Part shown: positions 30,190-43,266 of the stretch, one piece after another | Layout: each line of letters starts with the position of its first letter | Position numbering within the stretch: the stretch's first letter is position 1 | NCBI GenBank assembly: GCA_951406725.2 | Contig: OX597826.1 | Span: 68,882,001 to 68,946,000, forward strand | From: Octopus vulgaris | Lineage: Eukaryota | DNA: 64,000 nt | Direction of reading: 5' to 3' | Made by a program: the position numbers and the translations under genes | The notes under the pieces: generated by a model | What the model was told of the DNA's origin: nothing | What the model saw: the letters and a program-made list of their open reading frames with translations, nothing else | Databases searched by the model: none

Positions 30190-30701
30190 CTAGCAGTATC
30201 GCCCGGCGTTGCTCGGGTTTGTAAGGGAAATAACTATATAAGCATTTTTAGAGACTTACTTCCCTTATAGATGCCAATTCGGGCTTTCTTAGCCATTTCT
30301 GTTTTGGTGTCTTCAAGCCATGAAGTAGTTGTTCTAAAAGAACGCTGGTCTCCTTGACAACGCATTACGACGTTGATTTCTTTACACTCCCTTCCCCACA
30401 GCTTCACGAGGGAGGGAAGGGGGAGAAGCAAACAGGTGCAGGTGTGAGCGTGGACGCCAACTCCGCCGCCATCGACACACGAAAAATTATGCATTAAAAT
30501 GGAATAAAAAATGATGTTAAATTATTTTTAAAATCGTAGACTCATCGTAGACGCGCGCTAATACTCAGACGGGCTCGATATGAATCACGACTATAAGATA
30601 CCCGAATTTGGTTAAACTGCACCGCAAACTATGTGGGAGTAGTTAGGAATCTAAATCGAAGGGGACAGACACTCACACAACTACAGTTTTATATATATAG
30701 A
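30190..30701 (-). mobile_element. Non-autonomous Helitron
   Basis: Minus strand 5' TCTATATATATAAAAC ... CCCGAGCAACGCCGGGCGATACTGCTAG 3', inserted at A|T; near-identical to 41973-42485. Confidence 0.88.
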
Positions 30702-30777
30702 TATCTGTAAAGATAAATTTCTCTATCTACATAATATCGAAGTCTCTTTCATTCTTTTGTTGTCTTATCATTTTCAT

Positions 30778-30821
<44 letters not shown>

Positions 30822-30958
30822 AATGCCCTCTCATATATAAATTAATATGTTCAATAAGAAATAATTATTTTCGAAATTTATTCTCTTATGAGGTTTTCAC
30901 GCTATCTACCTGACAATTTCTTGTTAAGTTTTCCTTATTAAGTAGTTGTCCTTAATTG

Positions 30959-31016
<58 letters not shown>

Positions 31017-31097
31017 ATAATATAAATAATATATATGCATATATACATACGTATATGTACATACTGACATCTATACGTATATATATATATATATATG

Positions 31098-31278
31098 CAT
31101 ATGTGGGCACAGGACGTCACGAAACGTGTGCAACAAAAAGTACGAAGCACGAGTTCATGCAATATGAACTATTTTTGAATAACGAAGGACACAAATGGAA
31201 AACCACATAAAGCACGACACTTCATCAGTTGTTGTCTGTTTTCCTAGTCTCATATTTCGAGCATTTAACGGTGTAAAC
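31098..31278 (-). mobile_element. Family H1 repeat copy
   Basis: Minus strand GCTCGAAAT...ACAACAACTGATGAAG...GACGTCCTGTGCCCA followed by a TA tract. Confidence 0.7.
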
Positions 31279-31364
31279 GTACATACACACACACACCCAT
31301 AAACATTTGCATGTGGTGCAGAGGAGAAGTCTTTCTTTGAATGCATACGTATATTGCTCTCTCT

Positions 31365-31611
31365 TCACTCTTCTACTTGTTTTAGTCATTTGAAAGTGGC
31401 CATGCTGGAGCACCGCATTTAGTCGAGCAAATTGACCCCAGGGCTTATTTTTCTGTAAGCCTGGTGCTTATTCTATCGGTCTCTTTTGCCGAACCGCTAA
31501 ATTACGGGGACATAAACACACCAGCATCGGTTGTCAAACGATGTTGGGGTGTGGACAAACACAGACACACAAACATACACACACACATACACACACAAAC
31601 ACACACACACA

Positions 31612-31692
<81 letters not shown>

Positions 31693-31868
31693 GCATATAT
31701 ACGACGGACTTCTTTCAGTTTCCGTCAACGACATCGACTCACAAGGCTTTGGTCGGCCCGAGGCTACAGTAGAAGACACTCGCGCGAGGTGCCACGCAGT
31801 GGGACTGAACTCGGAACCATGTTGTTCGTAAGCAAGCAACTTACAACACAACCACTACTACGCCTACA
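31365..31868 (-). mobile_element. tRNA-derived SINE, family B, full length with internal (TA)/(TG) microsatellite
   Basis: Minus-strand head TAGGCGTAG..GTGGTTGT.., B-box-like GAGTTCAGTCCC, body GACAACCGATGCTGGTGTGTTTA, 3' GGTGCTCCAGCATGGCC. Confidence 0.88.
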
Positions 31869-33554
31869 TATGATAAGCTATTTTATAAGGATTTTTCTGT
31901 AAGCCTTGTACATCATAATATTTTCCTTGCATTTGCATATTAGACCCGAAGTTGATAATTTCATGCCTTAGAAAGACACATGCCAATCAGAGACCCGATT
32001 ATTAGAATTGATGCAATTACATAAAGGAGGAGATTTTGTGAGCTCGTGAATGATATTTTTTCTGCTATTGATACTAGTTACAATGAAGTTTCTCACCTGA
32101 AGGCTATTTGTATTAACATCTCATAATGTCTATAGTTTAGAAGAAAACTATGGCTACATTTAAGAATAAGGATAATTACCTTATATAATATTTCGCTTTC
32201 TATATTTCCATTTATGCATTTATGTGTATTTGTTATCTTCAGTATATATAATCTTTTCAGCCAGAGACATTTAATACAAGATAATGAATAGCACGGTTAA
32301 GGGCTTTCTCTATCTGGATAACCACTTATTTAAAGTATTACCTAAATTTCTATAGAATATAGAGCATGGTAGTAATTTATATTATAATACTTCAATTTCT
32401 TGCAGAGTTTACTATAAGAGAAGTATTTAGTCTTGCCTAAATCTAATTTTATATTGAATAAATTCGCTACACTCAGATACTTATTTAGTATGATCTTCAA
32501 ATAAAATTCTAAATATTTTAAAGATCTTACTTCTAGCCGCATCATTTGTGTGGCTATTCATATTTCATAGAATGAATAGTCCATAATCAAGGTAGATAGA
32601 AAACTCTGCAGTACAGTATCTTTCCCGAAGTATATCTATGATTTGCCATCTTATCAATTCTCGAACGTTAACCCTGTTGTACTAGCTGATGGTTGCATTA
32701 ACCAATTCTGATCATATTTAATCCAAGAAGATTCGAAATAGAGCAAAGATTTCTATTCTCCCAAACTATGTTTAATAACACTAATATCTAAATCATAGAT
32801 TCTAATAAAACCTCTACCGAAATCTTACTAATCCAGCGAACAGTGTAAGAGTTTGTCTCAATATTTCAAAGATTTTGCTAAACCAACAATGAAGCAATTC
32901 GCTGTTGAGGGGAAGTATCGAGAAATCACATAAGAAATGGATTATAGATAAGTGGAGCTAGAGTTTCACAAAACTCTTCGTTGATTTTATAGCCAATATA
33001 AACAGAAGGATTTGCCAGGACAATCTCGGAGACTTTGGTTCTGTGTTGTTGTAATTACTCTAATATTTAACCTTTCAGATATATGTTCGTTTATATATGA
33101 ATTTGTGTGTCTCTGTTTGTCCTCCTACCATCGCATGACAACCGATGTTAGTGTGTTTACGTCCCCGTAAATTAGAGGGGATTTCGCTCTACTCAAAACA
33201 CTGAGACTCCCTCCGGTACCAAGCCTTCTCCCACCCCATAGGGTGCAGCTTAAAGTCTTACCCTGGACCAAACAACAGCTTCGTCACTATTTAATAACAG
33301 CACATTATGTTTTGAAGTAATTTAGCTGCTATTTCTAGGCAGTCGTGTTTTCTCACTTTGACGCATTTGCTGATGAAGGTGATAATGTGATGGCGGCATT
33401 GTTTGTGCAAGTGACAGGTTCGTTGGAAGTGCTCATATTCTTAGTGATGGTGAGTCTTTTTAACCTAACCAAACTGCATCTGAGTAGGCAAAATGTGATA
33501 TAGGACACCCCCACCATCCATGACGATCAAATCGTTTTCCAGTTTTTCAAGAAT

Positions 33555-33928
33555 TTTGCTTTGCAGTGCCACGTTGTTTCGAGCTGAGTCCTACGGCGTG
33601 GCACTTTGGGTAAGTACTTCCTACTATAGCTCTGGGGTAACCAGTACATTGTGAGTGAATTTGGTAGACAGAAACTGTGTTGAAGCTCATAGTACATAAA
33701 TATATAGATATGCATGTCGGTGGGTGTGTCTTTGGGTCTGTATTTACCACTCGTAGCCACACATGGCAAACGCTGTTGGTTTATTTACGTCTTCGTAACT
33801 TAGCGGTTAAAAAATATATTAACAGGATAAATATCAGACTTTAAAATAAGTTCTGAGTCGATTTCTTCGAATAGAAACCTGTCAAAGCGTTGCTCCAGCA
33901 TGGTCGTAACCTCAAGTAAAAGACCAAA
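33555..33928 (+). mobile_element. Decayed SINE family B
   Basis: GCGTGGCACTTTGGGTAAGT, GTGAGTGAATTTGGTAGAC, CGTAACTTAGCGGTT and GCTCCAGCATGGTCG motifs. Confidence 0.75.
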
Positions 33929-34200
33929 GATATAGTTAATATATTCTTTGTTATTATTATGTGTCTTCCAAGGAAGCTGAGTCTGGTTTTTAAGGTCATG
34001 TCTTTCTTTTTCTAGTAAATGAAAGAACCACAAAGAGGATGTTTATTTGATTGATTTTGTTGTCATTATTTCTTAGCTGCAGGTTAATGCTGACTGAGCA
34101 GATCTATGATCAAAGACATTAAACAGATGATAATCACTTGTTCTTTTCCCTTATGTGCATGGAGCCTAGGAACGCCTCAAGCAATGTTTCATTATTTTAA

Positions 34201-35028
34201 GGCGGCGAGTTGGCAGAAACGTTAGAACGCCAGGCGAAATGCTTAGCCGTATTTCGCCCGCCGGTGCGTTCTGAGTTCAAATTCCGCCGAGGTCGACTTT
34301 GCTTTTCATCCTTTCGGTGGTCGATAAATTAAGTACCAGTTACTCACTGGGATCGATGTAATCGACTTAATCCGTTTGCCTGTCCTTGTTTGTCCTCTCT
34401 GTGTTTAGCCCCTTGTGGGTAGTAAAGAAATAGGTATTTCGTCTGCCGCTACGATCTGAGTTCAAATTCAGCCGACGTCGATTTTGCCTTTCATCCTTTC
34501 GGGGTCGATAAATTAAGTACTTATTACAACCTGGGGTCGATATAATCGACTGGATCCCTAATCCCAAATTTCGGGCCTTGTGCCTAGAGTAGAAAAGAAT
34601 AATTTAAATAATTTATATAAAGGCCGCGAGCTGGCAGAAACGTTAGCACGCCGGGCGATATGCGTAGCCGTATTTCGTCTGCCGTTACGTTCTGAGTTCA
34701 AATTCCACCGAGATCGACTTTGCCTTTCATCCTTTTGGGGTCGATTAAATGAGTAGTGGGGTCGATATAATCGACTTAACCAGGTTGTCTGTCCTTGTTC
34801 GTCCCTTCTGTGTTTAGCCCCTTGTGGGTAGTAAAGAAATAGGTATTTCATTTGTCCTTACGTTCTGAATTCAAATTCCGCCGAGGTCAACTTTGCCTTT
34901 AGTCCTTTCGGTGCCGATAAATTAAGTACCAGTTTCATACTGGGGCCAATATAATCGACTGAATCCGTTTGTCTGTCCTTGTTTGTCTCCTCTGTGTATA
35001 GCCCCTTGTGGGTAGTAAAGAAATAAGA
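34201..35028 (+). mobile_element. Cluster of SINE family A multimers
   Basis: Heads at 34201 and 34622, each followed by internally duplicated units beginning GGTATTTC(G/A)T. Confidence 0.9.
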
Positions 35029-35104
35029 ATGGTGGTTTTAGTAAAAATAATTATAGTGCTGTCAACATTGTTGATAGTACCGTAGCTGTGATTATTAGTT
35101 CCTA

Positions 35105-35338
35105 ACGTTGGCACACGGCAAGCAATTTCTGGGGAGAGGTCAATTCGATTACCTTGATCCTAGTGCTCAACTGCTACTTAATATTTCGACCCCGAAAGTA
35201 TGAAAGCAAAGTGGATCTCGGCGGAATTTGAACACAGGGCGTGAAGACAGACGGAATGCCGCTAAGCGTTTTTGGTCGGTGAGCTAACGACTCCGCCAGC
35301 TCGCCGCCTCAATAATAACAACAACAACAACAACAACA

Positions 35339-35400
<62 letters not shown>

Positions 35401-36112
35401 CAATAATAACAATAATGATAATAACGTCCAGCTGGGGGAACACATACGCCACAGAAACCGGGAAACCGGGCCCATGAGCCTGGCTAGGCTTGAAAAGGCG
35501 ATGTTTATCGTTTTAAGAATGGCTTCAGATTTTGGTAAAAGCCAGAAATTTTAGGAAATGGAGTAAGTCGATTACGTCGACCTCACTGCTGAACTGATGC
35601 TTAAGTTATTGAACCCATAACGATGAAAGTCAAAGTCGACCTCGGCTTAATTTGAACTCAGAACGAAAAGACGGCCGAAATGTCGCTGTTTTGGTATGTT
35701 AACGATACTGATTTTTTTACTGCCCACAAGGGGCTAGACACAGAGGGGACAAACAAGGACAGACAAATGGATTAACCAGTGCGTAACTGATACTTATTTA
35801 ATCGACCCCGAAAGGATGGAGGGCAATGTCGACCTCGGTGGAATTTGAACTCAGAACGTAACGGCAGACGAAATACCTATTTCTTTATTACCCACAAGGG
35901 GCTAAACATAGAGGGGACAAACAAGGACAGACATAGGTATTAAGTCGATTATATCGACCCCAGAGCGTAACTGGTACTTAATTTATCGACCCCGAAAGGA
36001 TGAAAGGCAAAGTTGACCTCGGCGGAATTTGAACTCACAACGTAACGACAGACGAAATACCGCTAAGCATTTCGTCCAGCATGCTAACGATACTGCCAAC
36101 TCACCGCCTCAG
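35105..36112 (-). mobile_element. Cluster of SINE family A copies in opposite orientation, with an (AAT)n tract and a 3' fragment of family C (35425-35500, +)
   Basis: Repeated GTCGACCTCGG(C/T)GGAATTTGAACTCAGAACGTAA; heads at about 35310 and 36108. Confidence 0.85.
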
Positions 36113-36314
36113 TGTAGTTGCAATGATAGCAGCGTTGCAGTAGTGTTGGTCGTAATGATTATAGTGTTGGTTGTAGTGTCGGTGGTGATGACATCGTAGT
36201 GGTAGTGAACCTTGTGGTGTAGGGTGTAGTAGTTGTGAGAATAACAGTTTTGGTGGTGTTATTAACTTGTTAATTGAAAATTAATTGAAATGTGAGAAAA
36301 TGAAGAAAGCGTAT

Positions 36315-36533
36315 GGTAGGGTGAGAGGTTTAGCGTTAAAGGGGAAAAAGAAGGAGGGGTGAGAGGAAGGGGGTAAAGAGTTTGGGAGGAAGGATAGGGA
36401 GGTAGGGAGTGGTTTTAATAGTAGAGAGAGAGAGAGACAGAGGGGTTGAGAGTAAGAGGAAATGTGTGGTAGGAGTAAATGTTAATATTGAGAACCTACG
36501 GTTGAGGGAGGAGGAAAGAGAGCTCGAAAGAGC

Positions 36534-36567
<34 letters not shown>

Positions 36568-37255
36568 GACAGAGAGAGAGAAAGAGAGAGGTAGGTACTC
36601 AAACAGAGGGTCAGTTCGATAGACAGGCAGAGCGAAAGATATTTAGTTAGACCGATAGACATATCAATTAGTCAGTGTGGAAGAAATAGAAAGGTGGTGC
36701 GGCGAAATGAGTGAAAGGAAGAGTTAGAGTGAGAAAAGGGGTGTAGATGTCCAATGTGAGTTGGGTGAGAAAGAGAGAGTGGGGGAATGTAAGAGGAAGT
36801 GATGGAAGAGTGGAAGGAAGAGGTAGAGAAATGAGAGAGAGAAGGGGGAAAGGTGAGGAGAGACAGCAAGTGGTGGGTATTGGGAAAATGGGATTCGAGA
36901 AAAACGTAAATGGAAGAGGGTGAGATGAGTGAATGAGGGGTGAAAGTTGAGAGGAGGGAACTGAAATAGGAAGGGTTTCGGTCTAAGAGAAAGAGAGAGA
37001 GAGAGGGTATAAGAAATAGACGATGAGGGCGTGAAAGAGGGGGAGAGAGGAGGAGGAGGAGGAAGTGGAGAGAAAAGATTATAAAGATAGGCGAGGAGAA
37101 ATGAGGGAGTGTCAGGTGAGGTTAGGTATTGGAAAAACTTGGCATTAGAGGATTAAGTGAAAATAAAGTCAAACTGAGACAAAGAAAGGCAGGAGGAGAG
37201 GTGTGCGGGAGTGATAGTGAGAGGAGATCGTAACAAAGAGAGGGGAGCAAAATAT
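36315..37255. repeat. Long purine-rich (GA-rich) low-complexity tract
   Basis: Strong G+A skew on the + strand over about 900 bp. Confidence 0.8.
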
Positions 37256-37274
37256 GAGTCAGAAATTGATATTC

Positions 37275-37487
37275 TTTTCCGCTCTAGGTACAAGGCCCGA
37301 AATGTTTGGGGAGGGGTCCAGTCGATTGGATAGTCTCCTGTACGCAACTGGTACTTAATTTATCGACCCCGAAAGGATGAAATGCAAAGTCGACCTCGGC
37401 GGAATTTGAACTCGGGACGTATCGACAGACGAAATACCACTAAGCATTTCGCCCGGCGCGCTAACGTTTCTGCCAGCTCGCCGCCTT
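37275..37487 (-). mobile_element. Well-preserved SINE family A monomer
   Basis: Reverse complement starts GGCGGCGAGCTGGCAGAAACGTTAGCGCGCCGGGCGAAATGCTTAG. Confidence 0.9.
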
Positions 37488-37743
37488 TGAGTCACAAATT
37501 GGTATGGAGACAGAATAAAGTAGAAGCGGAGAAAATATAAACGGAGATGAAGATATATATATATATATAGAGTATATAGAGAGAGAGAGAGAGGGAGACA
37601 CAGTGAAAACAGTGAAAGTAAGAAAAAAATAGAGAAAAAAAGAATATATGTTGCAAACGAAATGAAAGGAAAAGTCTAAGAGAATGAGACAGAGAAGGAA
37701 AGAGATAGCGATGTGTGTATGCATATGCTTGCGTGTGTGTGTG

Positions 37744-37810
<67 letters not shown>

Positions 37811-38262
37811 TGTCTTTGTGTATGGGTGATAAAGATAATATTTAGCTGATAGTAAGGAGATGAGCTGGTCTTAACTGAGTTCAATTTCCGCCGAGGGTGA
37901 CCTTACATTTCATTAGTTCGGGGTCAATGAAATATATATCAGTTGAGTTCTGGGCTCAGTGTAATCAACTTGCCCATCTCCACGTAAATTGCTGGCCTCG
38001 TGCCTAAATTTGAGACCAATATTTAGCTGTTTCAGAAAGCGGTAGGGTTAGTGCGTGCGTATGTGTGTGCAAGAGGGAATTTATTGTAAGGGACATAAAA
38101 CTAGGGACACGCTGATAGATAAACAGGGACACATTCATAAGAAAGGAGAGAGCATAAACTCCGTATAGTATGAAACTTGTAGGCAGACAGATCGATCGAT
38201 AGATAGATACATATAGAGATAGATAGATAGACAGGTAGATAGATGGATAGATACATAGATAA

Positions 38263-38323
<61 letters not shown>

Positions 38324-38526
38324 CAGAGTAAATGTGACAATTAGTCACATGTCGAGTTGGATGCATTACAACACATGAAATGGAGAAAGGCAATATATAC
38401 AAAGGATGAAGCGCTATCCATAGATATACACACATGAATACAATCATATGCACATACGCACACAGACACAGCCACACACGTATATATATGAGAGAGAGAG
38501 GGAGGAGGAAGATCGAGGGGCGTGTT

Positions 38527-38581
<55 letters not shown>

Positions 38582-38819
38582 GTATGTATATATTGGTGTT
38601 CTTGCGATCAATCAGAGGGAGTATTGTAAAGTACATGTAAGAGCTGGGATTGACTCACCTGTTATTATTTTCAAAGGGAGAAACTGCAGGGAACTGGAAG
38701 GGAGGTGGGTGAGGGAAGTCGTGGGGTAATTGCGAGTGGAACGGAGGTGGGGAGAGAGAGACAGAGAGAAAGTAACGAAGAAAGGTTTGGGAAGCTGAAG
38801 TGAAAGAGAGAGAGAGGAA

Positions 38820-38880
38820 AATTAAAATGGCCGCCGGCTTCCGGTCAGCTCTGTGACTGAAGAGCTCTCCTTTCGGTTGA
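38820..38880. promoter_or_regulatory. Candidate regulatory element with adjacent YY1-like and ETS motifs
   Basis: AAAATGGCCGCC (38824-38835) followed by CTTCCGGT (38838-38845) in a small CpG-rich patch. Confidence 0.3.
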
Positions 38881-39717
38881 GATAGAAAATGATGAGTAAT
38901 TAAGAGATGAAAAGGAAAAAAAAATTCGGGTCGAAGGTATGGTAGGGAATAGGGGTTGTTCAAAACATAAATAAAAGGAATGCAAAACTATAAAGCGATG
39001 GCGTGGGTGGGTGGGTGTTGGCAGAAAGATGGAGATGGTGATAAAGCTGGAAATAAAACTAGAATGTAAAGGAAAAAGAAAGAGAGACAGACAGACAGAC
39101 AAACAGGCAGAGAGAGAGAGAGAGGATAAGGAGAGAAAGAGAGATATAAAGAGTGAGGGTGATTAGAAAGAGAGAGAAACCAAGCAAGAAAGAAGGAAAG
39201 TAATAGAGAAAGAAAGACAGAAAGGAATGAGTTACTTAGAGATTTCTGAAGAAATAAATGAAAGAATGGCAGAACGCAAGCGAATAAATAAATAAATGAA
39301 TAGTCACAAAAATGAATAAATGTGCAGAAAATGGGAAAGAGTAGAGGCCAAATATGTGTTCACAATTTATGGAGTTCAGTTTGAGTTTGGAGGAACACGG
39401 TCTCTCTATATATATTTAGAAAAAAATTATCTTTATTTATGCAGGGAGTATGGAGCGAGGGTAGGAAACTAGTTTCAGCGTTGTGATGTTCATAACAAAT
39501 TATAGAAGATATATTTAATCCGTAACCCCGTTTAACTCCATTGCCTTATATTAGAACGCTATTAGCTGGGTCAACGATGAGCAAGCATTTCGAAATCTGA
39601 TGAATGAATATCAATCATCAATGTGTAGGAGTTAATCTGTTTGTGTAGCAATACCGTGGTTTTCAGTTCGATCCTAACATGCGGCAACTGCGCATGCGCT
39701 TTCTAGTGTAGCTCTCT

Positions 39718-40095
39718 GTTCTAGCAAAGCCTCGTGAACGAAATTTAGTCGACGGAAGCCAATCGGAGGAACCGAAAAACTTCTTGGATGGTGAACTTAA
39801 TCCATCACCCTGATTAACACCACCACCTGGGGGTTAAAGGGAGTGCGTTTAGTAGAGTCTACCCTACAAGTAATCAGTGTAAGTCTCCAATCTATAGATA
39901 AGTTCCTAGCGAAACCTCATGAACAAAATTTCGTGGAGAAATACTGTGAGGAAGTCCATTGGTGGAACGAACTTCTTGTGTGGTGTACTTAATCCACCAC
40001 CCTGTTTAACAACACCACCTGGATGTTAAATAGAGTGTATTTTGTAGAATCTACCCACCAAGTAATCTGGGTGTACCTCCTGTTTTTATATAGGA
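39718..40095. repeat. Diverged tandem duplication (about 190-bp unit) starting inside a SINE family B head
   Basis: CTTCTTG..TGGTG.ACTTAATCCA.CACCCTG.TTAACA.CACCACCTGG occurs at about 39780 and 39972. Confidence 0.75.
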
Positions 40096-40499
40096 ATTAT
40101 ATCCAACCCATCAGGGGAGATTTGAAAGAAAAGCTCTGCGCACCACTATTTTGCTTTGGAACTAGTCATTCAAAGGAACAAAGTGGTGTGTCATTCCTCC
40201 TTTTGCACAAGTTTTATTACAGGAATGTGCAGTTTTGCTGTAATAAGGGAATCAATTGTATAAATCGAACCAAGTACTACATTGTTATAAATATCGTCAA
40301 GATCCACGGAGGAATAAAATACAGAAATTATGTACCAACGGGATCTGCATTGATAGCAGTAAGAGCGGCCACTAAACTACCACAAGCTGAAATATCGCAA
40401 GTTCCAGGGGTTCTTGCATCTAAATCCGTCTAAAGGCACACAAGCACATTGAGTAGCTGACTGCTTAGAGATCACCACATGTGTAGAGCTTGTTATTGA

Positions 40500-40650
40500 T
40501 TTAGAATTTTGGCATTAGGCCCGCAATTTCGGTTAAGTGGTGCAGTCGATCGCATCGACATCTAGTGTTCAACTAGTACTTATTTTATCGACCCCAAAAT
40601 GCTGCAAATAATTTCGTCCTGCACGGCAACGATTCTGCCAGCTCATCGCA
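40500..40650 (-). mobile_element. Decayed SINE family A
   Basis: TACTTATTTTATCGACCCC and CGATTCTGCCAGCTC motifs. Confidence 0.65.
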
Positions 40651-40697
40651 TTTGTAGGGTTAATATTAATATCAATCTATATCTATCTATCTATATT

Positions 40698-40772
<75 letters not shown>

Positions 40773-40791
40773 GTCTATCTCTGTCTCTCTG

Positions 40792-40865
<74 letters not shown>

Positions 40866-40869
<4 letters not shown>

Positions 40870-41021
40870 TGTTGAAATTTACAGGAAAACAAAACACGAA
40901 GATAAGTGTATAAACAATAAACAGGTGCATTAGTTAAACAGTTGGGAAAGTAGTGAGAAAGTCTTTTTACATTTCGAATCAACGCTCTTCAACAGAAAGG
41001 AAAACGAGGAAATAAACAGAG

Positions 41022-41025
<4 letters not shown>
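40866..41025 (-). mobile_element. Short TA-embedded element with degenerate hammerhead, family H3
   Basis: Minus strand CTTT CTGTTGA A GAGC gttg ATTC GAAAT GTA AAAAGAC; homologous to 41240-41416. Confidence 0.65.
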
Positions 41026-41075
<50 letters not shown>

Positions 41076-41085
41076 CTGTGTGTGC

Positions 41086-41237
<152 letters not shown>

Positions 41238-41239
41238 CT

Positions 41240-41412
41240 AGCCACTACACAATCGTTATTTTCTTTCCTTGTTTCTTTCTGTGTTCCTTTCTGTGGAAGA
41301 GCGTAGGCTCGAAACATTAAAGACTTTTTTCATTTCCAGAGCGTTATACAAATAACTCTGTTTGTTGTCTACACCACCTGTCATCGTCTTTTGTTTTATT
41401 TTTGTGAATTGT

Positions 41413-41416
<4 letters not shown>
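41240..41416 (+). mobile_element. Family H3 element (inverted partner of 40866-41025)
   Basis: CCTTT CTGTGGA A GAGC gtag GCTC GAAAC ATTA AAGAC at 41286-41324; followed by (AT)n. Confidence 0.65.
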
Positions 41417-41493
<77 letters not shown>

Positions 41494-41558
41494 ATATCTA
41501 CAGGACTATAACTGTATATATATCAGATAAAATATTCCTATAAAATATTCCCCGATAA

Positions 41559-41621
<63 letters not shown>

Positions 41622-41972
41622 TGTAAAACAACCATGTCGTTGTTTTGTCTGTGGGTTCATTTATCTGTTGAGACGACCTTATTCTAGAAGGAAGGAATAC
41701 ATATATTTACTCATATCGAAAACAGAAAACCACAAAATTTTGGGGAGTGGATACACCAGGTTTATATCAACTGCGATACACGAGTGCTTCTTACGTTTTA
41801 GGTCTCCTTACATCTGTTGCATGTGACCATGCAACCATTATCGACCACGCAGTAATGTTGAGCACAACTACTAATTCATATTCGATATCTTACATCTCCG
41901 TGTTAACTAACATATTCACTCATGAGAATATTATTTCAATTATGCTATAGACTAATTGCCCTATATAAGAAA

Positions 41973-42485
41973 CTAGCAGTATCGCCCGGCGTTGCTCGGG
42001 TTTGTAAGGGAAATAACTATATAAGCATTTTTAGAGAGTTACTTCCCTTATAGATGCCAATTCGGGCTTTCTTAGCCATTTCTGTTTTGGTGTCTTCAAG
42101 CCATGAAGTAGTTGTTCTAAAAGAACGCTGGTCTCCTTGACAACGCTTTACGACGTTGACTTCCTTACACTCCCTTCCCCACAGCTTCACGAGGGAGGGA
42201 AGAAGGGGGAGAAGCAAACAGGTGCAGGTGTGACCATGGACGCCAACTCCGCCGCCATCGACACACGAAAAATTATGCATTAAAATGGAATAAAAAATGA
42301 TGTTAAATTATTTTTAAAATCGTAGACTCATCTTGGACGCGCGCTAATACGCAGACGGGCTTGATATGAATCACGACTATAAGATACCCGAATTTGGTTA
42401 AACTGCACCGCAAAATGTGGGAGTAGTTAGGAATCTAAATCGAAGGGGACAGACACTCACACAACTACAGTTTTATATATATAGA
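41973..42485 (-). mobile_element. Non-autonomous Helitron
   Basis: Same termini (TC...hairpin-CTAG, A|T site) and near-identical sequence to 30190-30701. Confidence 0.88.
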
Positions 42486-42727
42486 TATGATTTTCATGAT
42501 GCTATTTTATCTACAGAACATAAGAGAAACCAAACGAAGGATCTGATAGTATGTGATTAAGAAAACGAATTAACTATCTTAGCCTGCGGTTAAGAGATTA
42601 AAGTCACACTACCTAGAGAACATTCTAGTGAATAGCAAGAAGCGGTGATGAAATATATACAGCAATCGAAATGAAAGTTTGTGAAGTACTATGAGTATTC
42701 AATCTGATCCGGCACATGAATATTAGT

Positions 42728-42945
42728 TTCAAAATTTGGCACACAAGGCCAGCAATTTCAGGAAGGGGATGGGGCCAGTCGAATAAAGCGACTCCAGTGT
42801 TCAACTGGTACTAATTTTATCGACCGCCGAGGCATAAAAAGAAAACTCAGACCCAGCGGCATTTGAACTTAGAACGTAAAGTCGGAAGAAACGCCTTTAA
42901 TCATTTTCCCTAGCATGGAAACTACTCTGCCACATCGCCACCCTA
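42728..42945 (-). mobile_element. Decayed SINE family A
   Basis: AACTGGTACTAATTTTATCGACC and GCATTTGAACTTAGAACGTAA motifs. Confidence 0.7.
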
Positions 42946-43032
42946 GCATAGAGGATTATTATATGCATAAAATCCATAGTATTATATTACAATATATATA
43001 TATATACTCTTTTTGTACTCTTTTTTAAACTC

Positions 43033-43232
43033 ATTTTTACTTGTTTCAGTCATTTGACTGCGGCCATGCTGGAGCGCCGCCTTTAGTCGAGCAAATCGAC
43101 CCCGGGACTTATTGTTTGTAAGCCCAGTACTTATTCTATCTGTCTCTTTTGCCGAACCGCTAAGTGACGGGGACGTAAACACACCAGCATCGGTTGTCAA
43201 GCAATGCTAGGCGGACAAACACAGACACACAA

Positions 43233-43250
<18 letters not shown>
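43033..43250 (-). mobile_element. 3' half of SINE family B
   Basis: Matches 31365-31580 and 54839-55010. Confidence 0.85.

Positions 43251-43260
<10 letters not shown>

Positions 43261-43266
<6 letters not shown>

Noticed and set aside
30234-30494. 86-aa ORF repeated at 42017-42280
   Set aside because: Internal to non-autonomous Helitron copies; no Rep/helicase motifs
34201-35028. Regularly recurring repeats suggestive of a CRISPR array
   Set aside because: Units are 170-200-bp SINE multimers without unique spacers; eukaryotic context, no cas genes
40023-40433. 136-aa ORF
   Set aside because: Starts within a tandem duplication, no recognisable domain
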